Positions 8,657-17,853 of a stretch of 36,800 nucleotides of DNA are shown here, piece after piece. The stretch covers positions 1 through 36,800 of the forward strand of contig CAZNDI010000003.1 of NCBI GenBank assembly GCA_964571805.1, given 5' to 3'. Source of the DNA: an uncultured Candidatus Peribacteria bacterium (GTDB taxonomy: Bacteria > Patescibacteriota > Gracilibacteria > UM-FILTER-43-11). The number at the start of each line of letters is the position of its first letter. Within the stretch, counting starts at the first letter, position 1. The position numbers and the translations under genes were made by a program. Under the pieces are notes generated by a model. It was not told where the DNA came from. It did not search any database and was given only the letters and a program-made list of their open reading frames with translations.

Positions 8657-9541
8657 ATGGCATATAATCATGAACCCAATGAAAATGTGGAAGGACGGAA
8701 GCCTTTTGAATATGGTAAAGAAAATATAAACGAACCTTCCGGAAATGAAAATAAACCAAATCCTTTACGCGAGGCAGCTGAAATTATAAGCAGCTCAAGG
8801 GGAAGAATAGCTGATCTACTCAGAATAGATAAAGAAGGCTTGGAAAAACCTGCCGCCTTTGAAGAACGACTAATACGACTCTCTCATGGAGATGCCCGAG
8901 CCAAAAGAAGATGGTTAGAAGTCAAATATAATGAATTAAGAGCACTTTCACTCCAAGACATTAGTCTTGAAAGCTTAGAGGCCTATGCTGCTATATTTGA
9001 AAAATATCAACTTAACCCAGGTAGAGCTACTGCGGAGCATAAAGATGATATTGCTCAAAGAATACGGACAAAGGGACAAGTAAAACCTATCGAAGGAGTT
9101 CAAAATATTGGAGAACTATTAGAGTCCTTCGCGCAACTCACTGAAAATCCAGCAAGTAACCCAGGTTCTTTCTATCCCACCTTTTTTAGACTTCGGACCG
9201 AGTATATGATTGGTAGCAAGGAGGATATACCTAAGGGCAAACGAAAACGTTTAAGAGAAATTTGTTTTAAAGGCTTTGAAGTTCAATTGAAAGCCGGTGA
9301 AGCAATTAATCTAGATAAGGCATCATTGTATTTAAGGATTGCTGAAATCATAAACCCTGATCAAATGAATTCAAGCCCGTTGCCTGAATTATACGAGGTC
9401 TTAACTTTAGTAACAACACTCGAACAAATGGATGATACCAGAAGAACGCTAGCAGCTCCTTCTCTTTATACAAATGAAATTAGAAATATCAAGGCGAAAT
9501 TAGCAGTCTTGGGCAGGAATGAAAAAGGGTTGAAAGAATAA
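8657..9541 (+). CDS. Hypothetical protein (orphan, hydrophilic, predicted helical)
   Basis: 294-aa ORF with its own promoter. I recognise no motif. It is AT-richer than its neighbours and has no signal peptide or TM segment. Confidence 0.6.
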   Translation: MAYNHEPNENVEGRKPFEYGKENINEPSGNENKPNPLREAAEIISSSRGRIADLLRIDKEGLEKPAAFEERLIRLSHGDARAKRRWLEVKYNELRALSLQDISLESLEAYAAIFEKYQLNPGRATAEHKDDIAQRIRTKGQVKPIEGVQNIGELLESFAQLTENPASNPGSFYPTFFRLRTEYMIGSKEDIPKGKRKRLREICFKGFEVQLKAGEAINLDKASLYLRIAEIINPDQMNSSPLPELYEVLTLVTTLEQMDDTRRTLAAPSLYTNEIRNIKAKLAVLGRNEKGLKE

Positions 9542-9723
9542 AGATTGAAAAAAACTGGAAAATTAGGTATTGAGGATTTAATAAAGTTAGAATATTTATA
9601 TAAAAATAGTGTTTTTTGGGTTAAATATTTTTAACAGTATTTAATATAATTAAAGCCACTTAATTTTATTTTTAAAGAAAAATAAGTTAAATTAAATACA
9701 GAAAAAGCTATTTATAAAAGTTA

Positions 9724-10626
9724 ATGAAATATATCACCAGAAAAGTCATCAATGAGAAAGCTTACTATTATCTTCAATATAAAGAATATTCTAAAAATTT
9801 AGGAGCTTATTTGCCCTTAAATCTTTCTCAGGAACTGATCGATTTTTTCCAAACGATTAGGGAGAAAGAAACTGAAAAAATTCTTCCTGAGATCAGGAAA
9901 AAATTTAAATATGGAAATATTGAGATCTTAGAGAAATTGCATTATTTTCATTTGGTTCTAAGGCACGATTTAGCCAAACAACAGCATGATCTTTTTTACA
10001 AAAAATTATCCATTCTTTTCACTTACCATTCCAATCGTTCCGAAGGCTCAAAAACGACAAACAAAGAAGTGGCAGCATTCAAAGAGTCAAGAATCAGAAA
10101 ACCCCGAACCAAAACAGAAAAAGAAATATTCAACTCTTTCATGGCCTTCAATCATATCCTTTCCAAAGAAATGAAATGGAATCCAAAAAACATCAAATAT
10201 ATCCATAGCCTTTTACTAGATGGCCTGGATCCAATAATTGCAGGTAAATGGAAAAACGAGAATAACATCGTCGGTCTGAATCAAATGACCAGCGACTACA
10301 AAAAAGTTCCTGAGGAAATGAAAGAGTTGATCCATTGGCTAAAAAAAGAATTTAAGAAGAAGGCTTTTTATCCGCCCGAACTTGCTTTAAAATTCTATTG
10401 TCGTTTTGAAGCCATTCATCCCTTTTTAGACGGCAATGGAAGGGTGGGGCGCCTGCTTTTGAATGCCATTCTCTATAAATTTAATTACCCACCCGTTATT
10501 TTCTTCAGTGAAAATCACCGAGAGCACTGTGCTGGAATCGAGCAAGCCCTGGAAGGACGATGGGAAAAATTTTATAAACACTTTCTAAAACAAGTTAAAA
10601 AAACCAATGCCGAGCTCTTCGCCTAA
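9724..10626 (+). CDS. Fic-family protein (AMPylase type), class II with an N-terminal inhibitory motif
   Basis: It has the canonical Fic motif 'HPFLDGNGRVGR' (HxFx[D/E]GNGRxxR). An upstream 'SNRSEG' matches the auto-inhibitory [S/T]xxxE[G/N] motif. Confidence 0.88.
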   Translation: MKYITRKVINEKAYYYLQYKEYSKNLGAYLPLNLSQELIDFFQTIREKETEKILPEIRKKFKYGNIEILEKLHYFHLVLRHDLAKQQHDLFYKKLSILFTYHSNRSEGSKTTNKEVAAFKESRIRKPRTKTEKEIFNSFMAFNHILSKEMKWNPKNIKYIHSLLLDGLDPIIAGKWKNENNIVGLNQMTSDYKKVPEEMKELIHWLKKEFKKKAFYPPELALKFYCRFEAIHPFLDGNGRVGRLLLNAILYKFNYPPVIFFSENHREHCAGIEQALEGRWEKFYKHFLKQVKKTNAELFA

Positions 10627-11719
10627 AATCGCCATCGTTGCAGACTGGATGACCAATTATGGAGGCGCCGAAAGCGTCATCAGTGCCTTTCATGATCTTT
10701 TTCCAGAGGCTCCCATTTATACCACCATGTATCGACCCGGAAAAATGAGGGAGTTGGGAAATTTAAAAAACATCCACACCACTTATTTGGATAAAATTCC
10801 AGGGGCCAAACATCAATGGTTGATCGGATTGATGCCCACGGCCATTGAAATGATGGATTTGAATGAATTTGACATTATTCTTTCCAGTTGTCACAGCGTG
10901 AGCAAAGGTGTTGTCACTAAGCCAAGTACGCTTCATATCAGCTACTGTCATACCCCCATGCGCTACGCCTGGGAAACCTGGGATTTTGAAAGTCGCCTTC
11001 AGAAATTTCCAAAAATTCTGCATGGAATGATTCGCAAACAGATGAAAAAAATTCAACGCTGGGATCACGCGGCAGGCCAACGGGTGGATGAATATATTGC
11101 CAATTCAAGCTATATTGGGGGCAAGATTAAAGAACACTATGGACGAAAATCGCACGTGATTTATCCCCCCGTCCACAGTGAAAAATTCATACCCATCGAA
11201 AATCCCACCGCTGATTACTATTTTTCTGTAGGACGACTCATCCCTTACAAGAAATTTGATTTACTGGTAGAAACCTTCAACGAATTGGGTCTCGCTTTAA
11301 AAATAGCAGGCACAGGCCCTGATTTAGAAAAGCTTAGGGCCATAGCTAAGCCCAATGTAGAAATTTTAGGCTATGTGGAAGATGAAAAGCTGAAAGAACT
11401 CTATGCCAACTGCAAAGGGTTTTTATTCCCTCAAATGGAAGATGCCGGCATCGTTCCGCTCGAAGCCATGGCCAGCGGACGGCCTGTGATTGCTTACAAT
11501 GAAGGAGGCAGTTTAGACACCATGATCGAGGGCAAAACAGGCTTATTTTTTGCGGAGCAAACATCCGAAAGTTTAAGAAAAGCTGTATTAGAATTTGAGC
11601 GTATGAAATTTGATTCTAAATTCATTCGAACCCATGCAGAGAAATTTGATGTCGAGATTTTTAAAACCAAAATTTTAAAATACATCGAAAAAGAGTGGGA
11701 GAAATTCAAAAAAAAGTAA
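10607..11719 (+). CDS. Glycosyltransferase family 4 (GT-B, group 1)
   Basis: It has the C-terminal EX7E-type motif 'EDAGIVPLEAMASGRPVIAYNEGGSLDTMIEGKTGLFF'. Its start overlaps the end of the Fic gene by 20 nt. Confidence 0.82.
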   Translation: MPSSSPKIAIVADWMTNYGGAESVISAFHDLFPEAPIYTTMYRPGKMRELGNLKNIHTTYLDKIPGAKHQWLIGLMPTAIEMMDLNEFDIILSSCHSVSKGVVTKPSTLHISYCHTPMRYAWETWDFESRLQKFPKILHGMIRKQMKKIQRWDHAAGQRVDEYIANSSYIGGKIKEHYGRKSHVIYPPVHSEKFIPIENPTADYYFSVGRLIPYKKFDLLVETFNELGLALKIAGTGPDLEKLRAIAKPNVEILGYVEDEKLKELYANCKGFLFPQMEDAGIVPLEAMASGRPVIAYNEGGSLDTMIEGKTGLFFAEQTSESLRKAVLEFERMKFDSKFIRTHAEKFDVEIFKTKILKYIEKEWEKFKKK

Positions 11720-11752
11720 ATTTAATTCTTATATTATTAACTTGTATGTGTA

Positions 11753-11831
11753 TAACTGGTAAGTATGTAAGTGCTGATTGAATATTAAGTCGCTACTTAA
11801 ATAGTTACCAGTTACGCACTTAAATACTTAC
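11753..11831 (+). repeat. Two interleaved inverted-repeat pairs directly upstream of the patatin gene start
   Basis: X is TAACTGGTAA (11753-11762) and X' is TTACCAGTTA (11805-14), complementary at 10/10 positions. Y is GTAAGTATGTAAGTGC (11759-74) and Y' is GCACTTAAATACTTAC (11816-31), complementary at 15/16. X and Y overlap by 4 nt. Y' ends 4 nt before the ATG at 11836. Confidence 0.7.
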
Positions 11832-11835
11832 AAAA

Positions 11836-12669
11836 ATGAAAAAACTTGGCTTAGCTTTAGGAGGTGGAGGAGCAAGGGGTTGCGCTCACATTGGAGCGAT
11901 CAAAGCTTTGGAAGAGGCCAAAATTCCCATTTCGTACATTGCTGGAACAAGTATAGGAGCTTTAGTGGGAGGAATTTATGCAGCAGGTCATCTAAAAAAT
12001 TTGGAAGCGTATTTAACAAAAATCAAGTGGACTGATGTCCTCGCCCAATTAGATCCGACAGTGGTGGGTAATGGAATGTTTAAAGGAAAAAGAGTGGTTA
12101 AATTGATCAATAAATTGATTGAAGAAAAATCCTTTCAAGACTGTCAGATTCCTTTTATTTCAGTGGCCACAAATTTGTTCACAGGTCAGGAGGTGAGACT
12201 AGATGAAGGGAAACTAGCAGATGCCATTCGAGCCAGCATTAGTTTGCCGGGCATTTTAACCACGGTAGAACGGGAAGGTCTTCATTTGTTGGATGGAGGA
12301 GTGGCCAACCCACTGCCTGTGAATGTCGTCAAAGACATGGGTGCAGAAGTAGTACTGGCAGTGGATTTGAGTAAAGAATACAGTCATGAAAAAAAGACAG
12401 AAAATCAGCAAGATAAAGACGAAAAATGGCGTCTCCGCCTCGGCAATTCTAAATATCCCAACATGATCGATGTTATAGAAGGAGCCATGTTTTTGATGCA
12501 AAAAGCTGTCACCGAAAAAAAACTAGAAAAATATCCCGCTGACCTTGTCTTGAGTCTACATTTGAGCAGTGCAAGGTTATTTGACTTTCATAAAGCAAAG
12601 CTATTAATTCAAGAGGGATATGAAGCGACTAAAAAAATAATTCCTAGCCTCAAAAAAATGCTCTTGTAG
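11836..12669 (+). CDS. Patatin-like phospholipase (RssA-like)
   Basis: It has the oxyanion-hole motif 'GLALGGGGARG', the nucleophile elbow 'GTSIGA' (GxSxG) and the catalytic Asp motif 'LLDGGV'. Confidence 0.85.
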   Translation: MKKLGLALGGGGARGCAHIGAIKALEEAKIPISYIAGTSIGALVGGIYAAGHLKNLEAYLTKIKWTDVLAQLDPTVVGNGMFKGKRVVKLINKLIEEKSFQDCQIPFISVATNLFTGQEVRLDEGKLADAIRASISLPGILTTVEREGLHLLDGGVANPLPVNVVKDMGAEVVLAVDLSKEYSHEKKTENQQDKDEKWRLRLGNSKYPNMIDVIEGAMFLMQKAVTEKKLEKYPADLVLSLHLSSARLFDFHKAKLLIQEGYEATKKIIPSLKKMLL

Positions 12670-12740
12670 GCCTATCTGCTTGCAAAGAAGCCAAATTTAG
12701 CGTAGGGTGGGAATGACAAAAGATTATTAATAACTGACGC

Positions 12741-14414
12741 ATGAGTTTTACAGGGAAAAAGTGGAGGATCAAGAATGAAAAAAAAGAATTGAATTTAGTG
12801 GATAAAATGCTGGAAAATAGAGGGCTTCTCACAGAAGAGGAACGCTATTCTTTCTTCAATTATAACCTGAGTCGACTGCACGATCCTTTTTTGCTGAAAG
12901 ATATGCAAAAAGCAGTCACTCGACTCGAAGAAGCTATAAAGAAAGAGGAAAAAATCATGATTTTTGGCGATTATGATGTCGATGGCACCTCAGCGACAGC
13001 CATTTTATATGATTTTTTCAAAAAAGTCGGCGCCAACATTCATTATTGCTTGCCCAATCGGGAAGACGACGGTTATGGACTGAAAGATTATTTCATCCGA
13101 CAGTTTAAAGAAGACGGTGTAGCGGTCGTCATTACGGTGGACTGCGGCACGGCGAACGTGAAAGAAGTGGCCTTGGCCAATAAATTGGGCGTGACCATGA
13201 TTGTGACCGACCACCACGATGTCCCCAACGAACTTCCCCAAGCCTATGCCCTCATCAACCCCAGACAAAGAGATTGTAGTTATCCCAACAAACAACTGAG
13301 TGGTTCAGCCGTTGCTTATAAACTGGTCTGTGCGCTCGCCCCCCTTTATTTTGAAGCCTCTCTCGTTGAAAAATATTTGTACGATCAAATGGGCGTGGCA
13401 GTTTTAGGTTTGGTGGCGGATTGCATGGAACTGGTGGGAGAAAATCGAATTTTGACCAACAATGGACTCAAGAGCCTAGCTCAAGGGAATCACATTGGTA
13501 TCAAAGCCCTTTTGGAGGCCGGTGGAATGAATCCTCAAGACATTTCGAGCAGTACGATTGGCTTTTTTATTGGACCTCACATCAATGCCGCAGGACGTTT
13601 AGATAAAGCAGACCACGCTCTGGAATTGCTTTTGGGAGATGTGGAGAAAGTACCCATCTTGATGGAGCTGAACCTAAAACGCCGTCATATTGTGGAAAAT
13701 TTTGTGCAGGAAGCCAGTGAACAGGTCAAAAAAATGGGCGAACTCCCAGCCATCATTGTGGTTTCTAGTGAGGGATGGAATGCAGGAATTTTAGGATTGA
13801 TTGCAGGGCGACTGTGTGAAAAATTCAGCCGACCCGTGATCGCCATGCAAGAAAAAGGAGAGGAGCTGGTGGCCTCATGTAGAAGTTTAAATGATTTTGA
13901 CATCACCGCTTTTTTACGGAACGAAGCAGGTGAACTCTTTCACAATGTGGGAGGCCATATGTTGGCAGGCGGATTCAGCTTACCTAAAAAAAATAGAGAA
14001 GAACTTGAAAAAAGAATTCAAGAAAAAGCGCCTGATTATATTGATCTAAAAAAGTTTCAAGGTCATCTGGAAGTGGAGGGGGAAATTGACTGTCGTGAAG
14101 TCACGTTTTTGACCAGTGAAAAATTAAGCAAGTTTGAACCTTTCGGAAATGGCAATTTAGCTCCCACTTTATTGCTCAAGAACACTCGCATTCCTAATAT
14201 CGAACAAATGGGGAAAAGCAAGGAGCACCTTCGTTTTATGGTTGAAGGGGGAGGACAAAAATTTAACGCAATCGCCTTCCGTTTTGCGGAACATATTGAT
14301 AAAATACACCCTGATAAAAATTATGACATTGCTTTTACACTAGAGGTGAATGAGTGGAGGGGAAATAAAAGTTTGCAACTCAGAGTCGTGGATTTGAAAA
14401 TTTCGAGTAACTGA
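12741..14414 (+). CDS. recJ: Single-stranded-DNA-specific exonuclease RecJ
   Basis: DHH-family motifs 'IMIFGDYDVDGTSA', 'ITVDCG' and 'IVTDHHD', plus the DHHA1 motif 'GGHMLAGG'. It is 557 aa with a RecJ-like C-terminal OB region. Confidence 0.88.
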   Translation: MSFTGKKWRIKNEKKELNLVDKMLENRGLLTEEERYSFFNYNLSRLHDPFLLKDMQKAVTRLEEAIKKEEKIMIFGDYDVDGTSATAILYDFFKKVGANIHYCLPNREDDGYGLKDYFIRQFKEDGVAVVITVDCGTANVKEVALANKLGVTMIVTDHHDVPNELPQAYALINPRQRDCSYPNKQLSGSAVAYKLVCALAPLYFEASLVEKYLYDQMGVAVLGLVADCMELVGENRILTNNGLKSLAQGNHIGIKALLEAGGMNPQDISSSTIGFFIGPHINAAGRLDKADHALELLLGDVEKVPILMELNLKRRHIVENFVQEASEQVKKMGELPAIIVVSSEGWNAGILGLIAGRLCEKFSRPVIAMQEKGEELVASCRSLNDFDITAFLRNEAGELFHNVGGHMLAGGFSLPKKNREELEKRIQEKAPDYIDLKKFQGHLEVEGEIDCREVTFLTSEKLSKFEPFGNGNLAPTLLLKNTRIPNIEQMGKSKEHLRFMVEGGGQKFNAIAFRFAEHIDKIHPDKNYDIAFTLEVNEWRGNKSLQLRVVDLKISSN

Positions 14415-14462
14415 TGAATTATGCCTATAAAAGAATTTCCAAAGTGGCTAGAATAAAAAGTT

Positions 14463-14503
14463 CCCCTCAGTGACTAGTTCTGAGGGGTCGCGGGAAAATC
14501 CCG
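14463..14503 (+). terminator. Two adjacent GC-rich stem-loops downstream of recJ (possible terminator, no U-tract)
   Basis: CCCCTCAG-(9 nt)-CTGAGGGG at 14463-14487 and CGGGA-AAA-TCCCG at 14491-14503. No T-run follows, so an intrinsic-terminator function is uncertain. Confidence 0.35.
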
Positions 14504-14550
14504 AAAAGTAGATCAATTATATTACAAATTACATTAATAGTCAATAAAAA

Positions 14551-15657
14551 ATGCTTAAATTAATCCTCAAAGACGGCACAGAAGTAAAAGGTGAATCCTT
14601 TGGTTACGAATTAAAAAAAGGAGAAGTTATGGATGGAGAAGTGGTTTTCAACACCGCGATGGTGGGCTATCCTGAAACGTTTACAGACCCCAGTTATGCG
14701 GGGCAGATTTTGGTGCTCACCTTTCCCATGATTGGGAATTATGGAGTGACGGAAGAAATCGACGAAAATGGACTGAGTAAACATTTTGAAAGCACAAAAA
14801 TCCATTTGCGAGGCATTGTAGTGAGTGAAGAATCTGAAGAAAATTCTCATTGGGAATCCAAACAAAAACTGTCTGATTTTTTGAAGAAACATAAAATCCC
14901 CGCCCTCAAAGGAGTAGATACACGAGCTTTGACACAAAAACTACGTGAACATGGGGTGATGTTGGGAAAAATAGCGGATGAATCGGTAAAATTCAGCAAA
15001 AGAATGGAATTTGAGGATCCAAACAAAGTGAATCTCGTGGCCGAAGTTTCACCCGAAGAAAAAACAATTCTCAAGGCAAAAGGAAAAGAAAAGGCAAGGG
15101 TGGCTCTGTTGGACTGCGGTATCAAACACAACATCATTCGGGCGTTTTTAGACCGCGGAGTGACCGTGATTCGACTTCCTTGGGACTATGACTTGTCTAA
15201 GTTGGAAGAAAAATACGATGGCGTTTTTGTTTCAAATGGCCCGGGTGATCCTCAAGTGGCGGATAAAACAATTGCAAGCATGAAGTGGGCGATGAAAGAA
15301 AATAAAGTGGTCTTTGGAATTTGTTTGGGATCTCAGTTGATGGGATTAGCCGTGGGAGCAAAAACCTACAAGTTAAAATATGGACACCGCAGCGCCAACC
15401 AACCTTGTATAGATATCGTCAATAATAAGGGAGAACGATGTTACATCACCTCGCAGAATCATGGCTTCGCAGTCGATGAGAAAACTCTGCCGAAAGATTG
15501 GATCGTGTGGTTCAAAAATGCCAATGATGGAACCGTGGAAGGGATAAGGCATAAAACTAAACCTTGGTTTTCGGTTCAATTTCACCCCGAAGCCAGCCCA
15601 GGACCCGAGGATGCGGCCTTTTTATTTGATGAGTTTATTGGGTTGATGGCCAAATAG
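14551..15657 (+). CDS. carA: Carbamoyl-phosphate synthase small (glutamine amidotransferase) subunit CarA
   Basis: It has the CPSase small-chain N-domain 'FNTAMVGYPETFTDPSYAGQILVLTFPMIGNYGV' and GATase class I motifs 'GICLGSQL' and 'VQFHPEASPGP'. Confidence 0.88.
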   Translation: MLKLILKDGTEVKGESFGYELKKGEVMDGEVVFNTAMVGYPETFTDPSYAGQILVLTFPMIGNYGVTEEIDENGLSKHFESTKIHLRGIVVSEESEENSHWESKQKLSDFLKKHKIPALKGVDTRALTQKLREHGVMLGKIADESVKFSKRMEFEDPNKVNLVAEVSPEEKTILKAKGKEKARVALLDCGIKHNIIRAFLDRGVTVIRLPWDYDLSKLEEKYDGVFVSNGPGDPQVADKTIASMKWAMKENKVVFGICLGSQLMGLAVGAKTYKLKYGHRSANQPCIDIVNNKGERCYITSQNHGFAVDEKTLPKDWIVWFKNANDGTVEGIRHKTKPWFSVQFHPEASPGPEDAAFLFDEFIGLMAK

Positions 15658-15686
15658 CAAATAGACTCTCCCTCTAAAGACATGTT

Positions 15687-17618
15687 CTAATCCAAAGGAA
15701 TTTCTATTTTGGGCCATCTTCTCATCCTCTCCATCTCCTTTTCTGTTTCAAAGGCAGTGACAAGGCAAGCTATATCTTCGCCTTTGAACAACTCACGCCA
15801 ATTATAATGTTCTTCCATTAACCATATAATAAAGCCATCTCTTGAAGTTTCATGCAAGATTTTGCCTAAAAATTCGTCTGAGATGTCATAGTTTAGAAAT
15901 TCTTCAAGATAATATCCTACTTCAGCAAGTCGCGCTGACTGGAGGTTGTTTATTTGACTAAGCAAACCATCCCGAGAAGAAGGCCATTTACTGCAAAGGA
16001 GAAAAATCGCCTCATCCGTATTCTCTTGTTGTAAAAATTCACTAAACCGCTTAAAAACAGCAGAACGAATTAAAAAAACTTCATCACCATGTGGTATGGA
16101 GAGGAGATAATTCGGACCTTCAGAATTCATTATAGATCGATCTCTCAGACTTATAAGAGGTACTGCCTCTGATTCATTAGTCCTAGCACGGCTTAATTCA
16201 TCAGTTAATTTTCTAGCCTCAGGGCGTAATGCTTCACAAAATGCTTCCAATCTACGATGTGGTTCAACATTAGAACCACGCTTTATAAATAAATTTTGAT
16301 AGGAGCATTGCCAAAGAGCATATTGTAGATCTGGAGAATCAGCTATTCTTAACCCCTCACTACCTTTTATAGCCTCTCTCAATAAAGTTAAAACTTCACA
16401 GTAATTTGTTGTATCGTCTGTCGCTCTTTGTTTTTCATAAATTCCCAATAGCTGTTCAATTTCGATTAAAATGGTTTTCCTTTCAGATTCAGTAAGCGGC
16501 GCACCCAAAGCTATATCAAGCATATGATCTAAACCACCGTAAGCTTCAATTTGTTCATCTGTTAAGCGTCCTAATTCTTGGACTATAGAAGTATTATTTT
16601 CAGATTCAGATAAATCCCTCAAAACACTCAAGCGCCTCCCACCAATTTCTGCAATACGAACAGGAGGAAAATTGCTTTCGGCAAGATCTTGGAAAACATC
16701 TCCTCTATAAGCATCTTTAGTAGTCACGTAACCAAACATACTATCAATATCATCCAAAGCCCCAAATTGTTCCTCCCTTAATTGAGCAATACTACACAGT
16801 GGTCTAGAAAAAACACGATTATCACCCTTTTCCAATTTTCTTTTTTCATAAGCTTCTCCGATTTTTGACCACTTCTCAGGAGTCATGCCTTGAATCATTA
16901 TCATAATTTCTTCAGCAGTGGCGCTATTAAAATTAATTATTGGAAGAATAGAAAGCGGAATTTCTAATTGACTCAAGGCTTCAAGAACCTCAGCACTTTC
17001 GCGGTTTTTCAGATGAAAATGCCAAGAATAATTTAATAATTCCATGACCTCATCCTTTATTTTTGCAGCCGCAATCAAAAGAACGCAACCGGCCTTGCTA
17101 ATATCTTCACCTTCTTCTTTAAAAGCATTCATAATAACAGCCAACTGTCGAATTGATAAAGCTCTGAATGCCTCTAACCATTGAGCATCAAAATCTAGAG
17201 GATTTTTGGAACTTAAAACAGCTTTTAAGTGCTCTGGCGGTAAAGTATTCATAGCGTTAGCCTCGCGTGGCTCCAAATTTTCTATACCTCTTAAAGCCAA
17301 TAAATCCCCATCAAATCCGCTTTGCACTCGGGCTCGCAATCGATCAATCACAACAGTCGGAGCTTCTCCGCAAGGTAGATAAATCCGTTCATCGGTTAAA
17401 AGAATTTTACCTTCGCTCACAAGACGATCGTAATGGCTCAAGTAAATTTTTAGCTGATTGTTATTCCTCAAAAGATTCCTTCTGGTGGGAGCAGGTTCAC
17501 TAATTTCAGAAGCAATAAAAGCAATCAAATCATCGGTAAGTTGTCTTATTGATCCTTGTAGTTGGTCCACGTGACTATCTTCTTTGGCTTGGTAAGCTTC
17601 AAAACGAAATGGAGTCAT
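15687..17618 (-). CDS. Hypothetical protein, 643 aa (orphan, hydrophilic, apparently all-helical)
   Basis: A long uninterrupted ORF. I could find no P-loop, nuclease, HEPN, TM or signal-peptide motif. It is AT-richer than the flanking carA and tpiA genes. Confidence 0.65.
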   Translation of the reverse strand: MTPFRFEAYQAKEDSHVDQLQGSIRQLTDDLIAFIASEISEPAPTRRNLLRNNNQLKIYLSHYDRLVSEGKILLTDERIYLPCGEAPTVVIDRLRARVQSGFDGDLLALRGIENLEPREANAMNTLPPEHLKAVLSSKNPLDFDAQWLEAFRALSIRQLAVIMNAFKEEGEDISKAGCVLLIAAAKIKDEVMELLNYSWHFHLKNRESAEVLEALSQLEIPLSILPIINFNSATAEEIMIMIQGMTPEKWSKIGEAYEKRKLEKGDNRVFSRPLCSIAQLREEQFGALDDIDSMFGYVTTKDAYRGDVFQDLAESNFPPVRIAEIGGRRLSVLRDLSESENNTSIVQELGRLTDEQIEAYGGLDHMLDIALGAPLTESERKTILIEIEQLLGIYEKQRATDDTTNYCEVLTLLREAIKGSEGLRIADSPDLQYALWQCSYQNLFIKRGSNVEPHRRLEAFCEALRPEARKLTDELSRARTNESEAVPLISLRDRSIMNSEGPNYLLSIPHGDEVFLIRSAVFKRFSEFLQQENTDEAIFLLCSKWPSSRDGLLSQINNLQSARLAEVGYYLEEFLNYDISDEFLGKILHETSRDGFIIWLMEEHYNWRELFKGEDIACLVTAFETEKEMERMRRWPKIEIPLD

Positions 17619-17647
17619 AACAATTTTATAATTTATATAGTGTTATC

Positions 17648-17699
17648 TTATAACATAAAAAGTATAATATTGACAATAGTAAAATACTATTGCTAACTT
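17648..17699. promoter_or_regulatory. Back-to-back candidate promoters with overlapping -35 boxes and a perfect 8-3-8 palindrome
   Basis: On the plus strand, TTGACA (17670-75), N18, TAACTT (17694-99). On the minus strand, TTGTCA (17676-71), N17, TTATAA (17653-48). The palindrome CAATAGTA-AAA-TACTATTG lies at 17674-17692. Confidence 0.45.
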
Positions 17700-17763
17700 T
17701 TCCTCCGATTCAATATAAAAATGGATTTCAGCTCATTTGAATTCAAGACAATTCGGAATTTTG

Positions 17764-17792
17764 TTGACGCCTTTTTGGACAAAGCTTATACT
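17764..17792 (+). promoter_or_regulatory. Candidate proximal promoter for the HTH gene (TTGACG-N17-TATACT)
   Basis: Hexamers at 17764-17769 and 17787-17792, about 60 nt upstream of the ATG at 17854. Confidence 0.45.
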
Positions 17793-17853
17793 CACGTTGT
17801 TAAGTTCAACATGGCAAAACCCTCCGGTTTATCTCAAAAACAAATAAAAAATT

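Noticed and set aside
11836-12669. I considered the patatin-like phospholipase as a CBASS-type (CapV) defence effector.
   Set aside because: No cyclase (CD-NTase) or other CBASS component is nearby. Its neighbours are a glycosyltransferase and recJ. Its size and motifs fit a generic RssA-like lipase.
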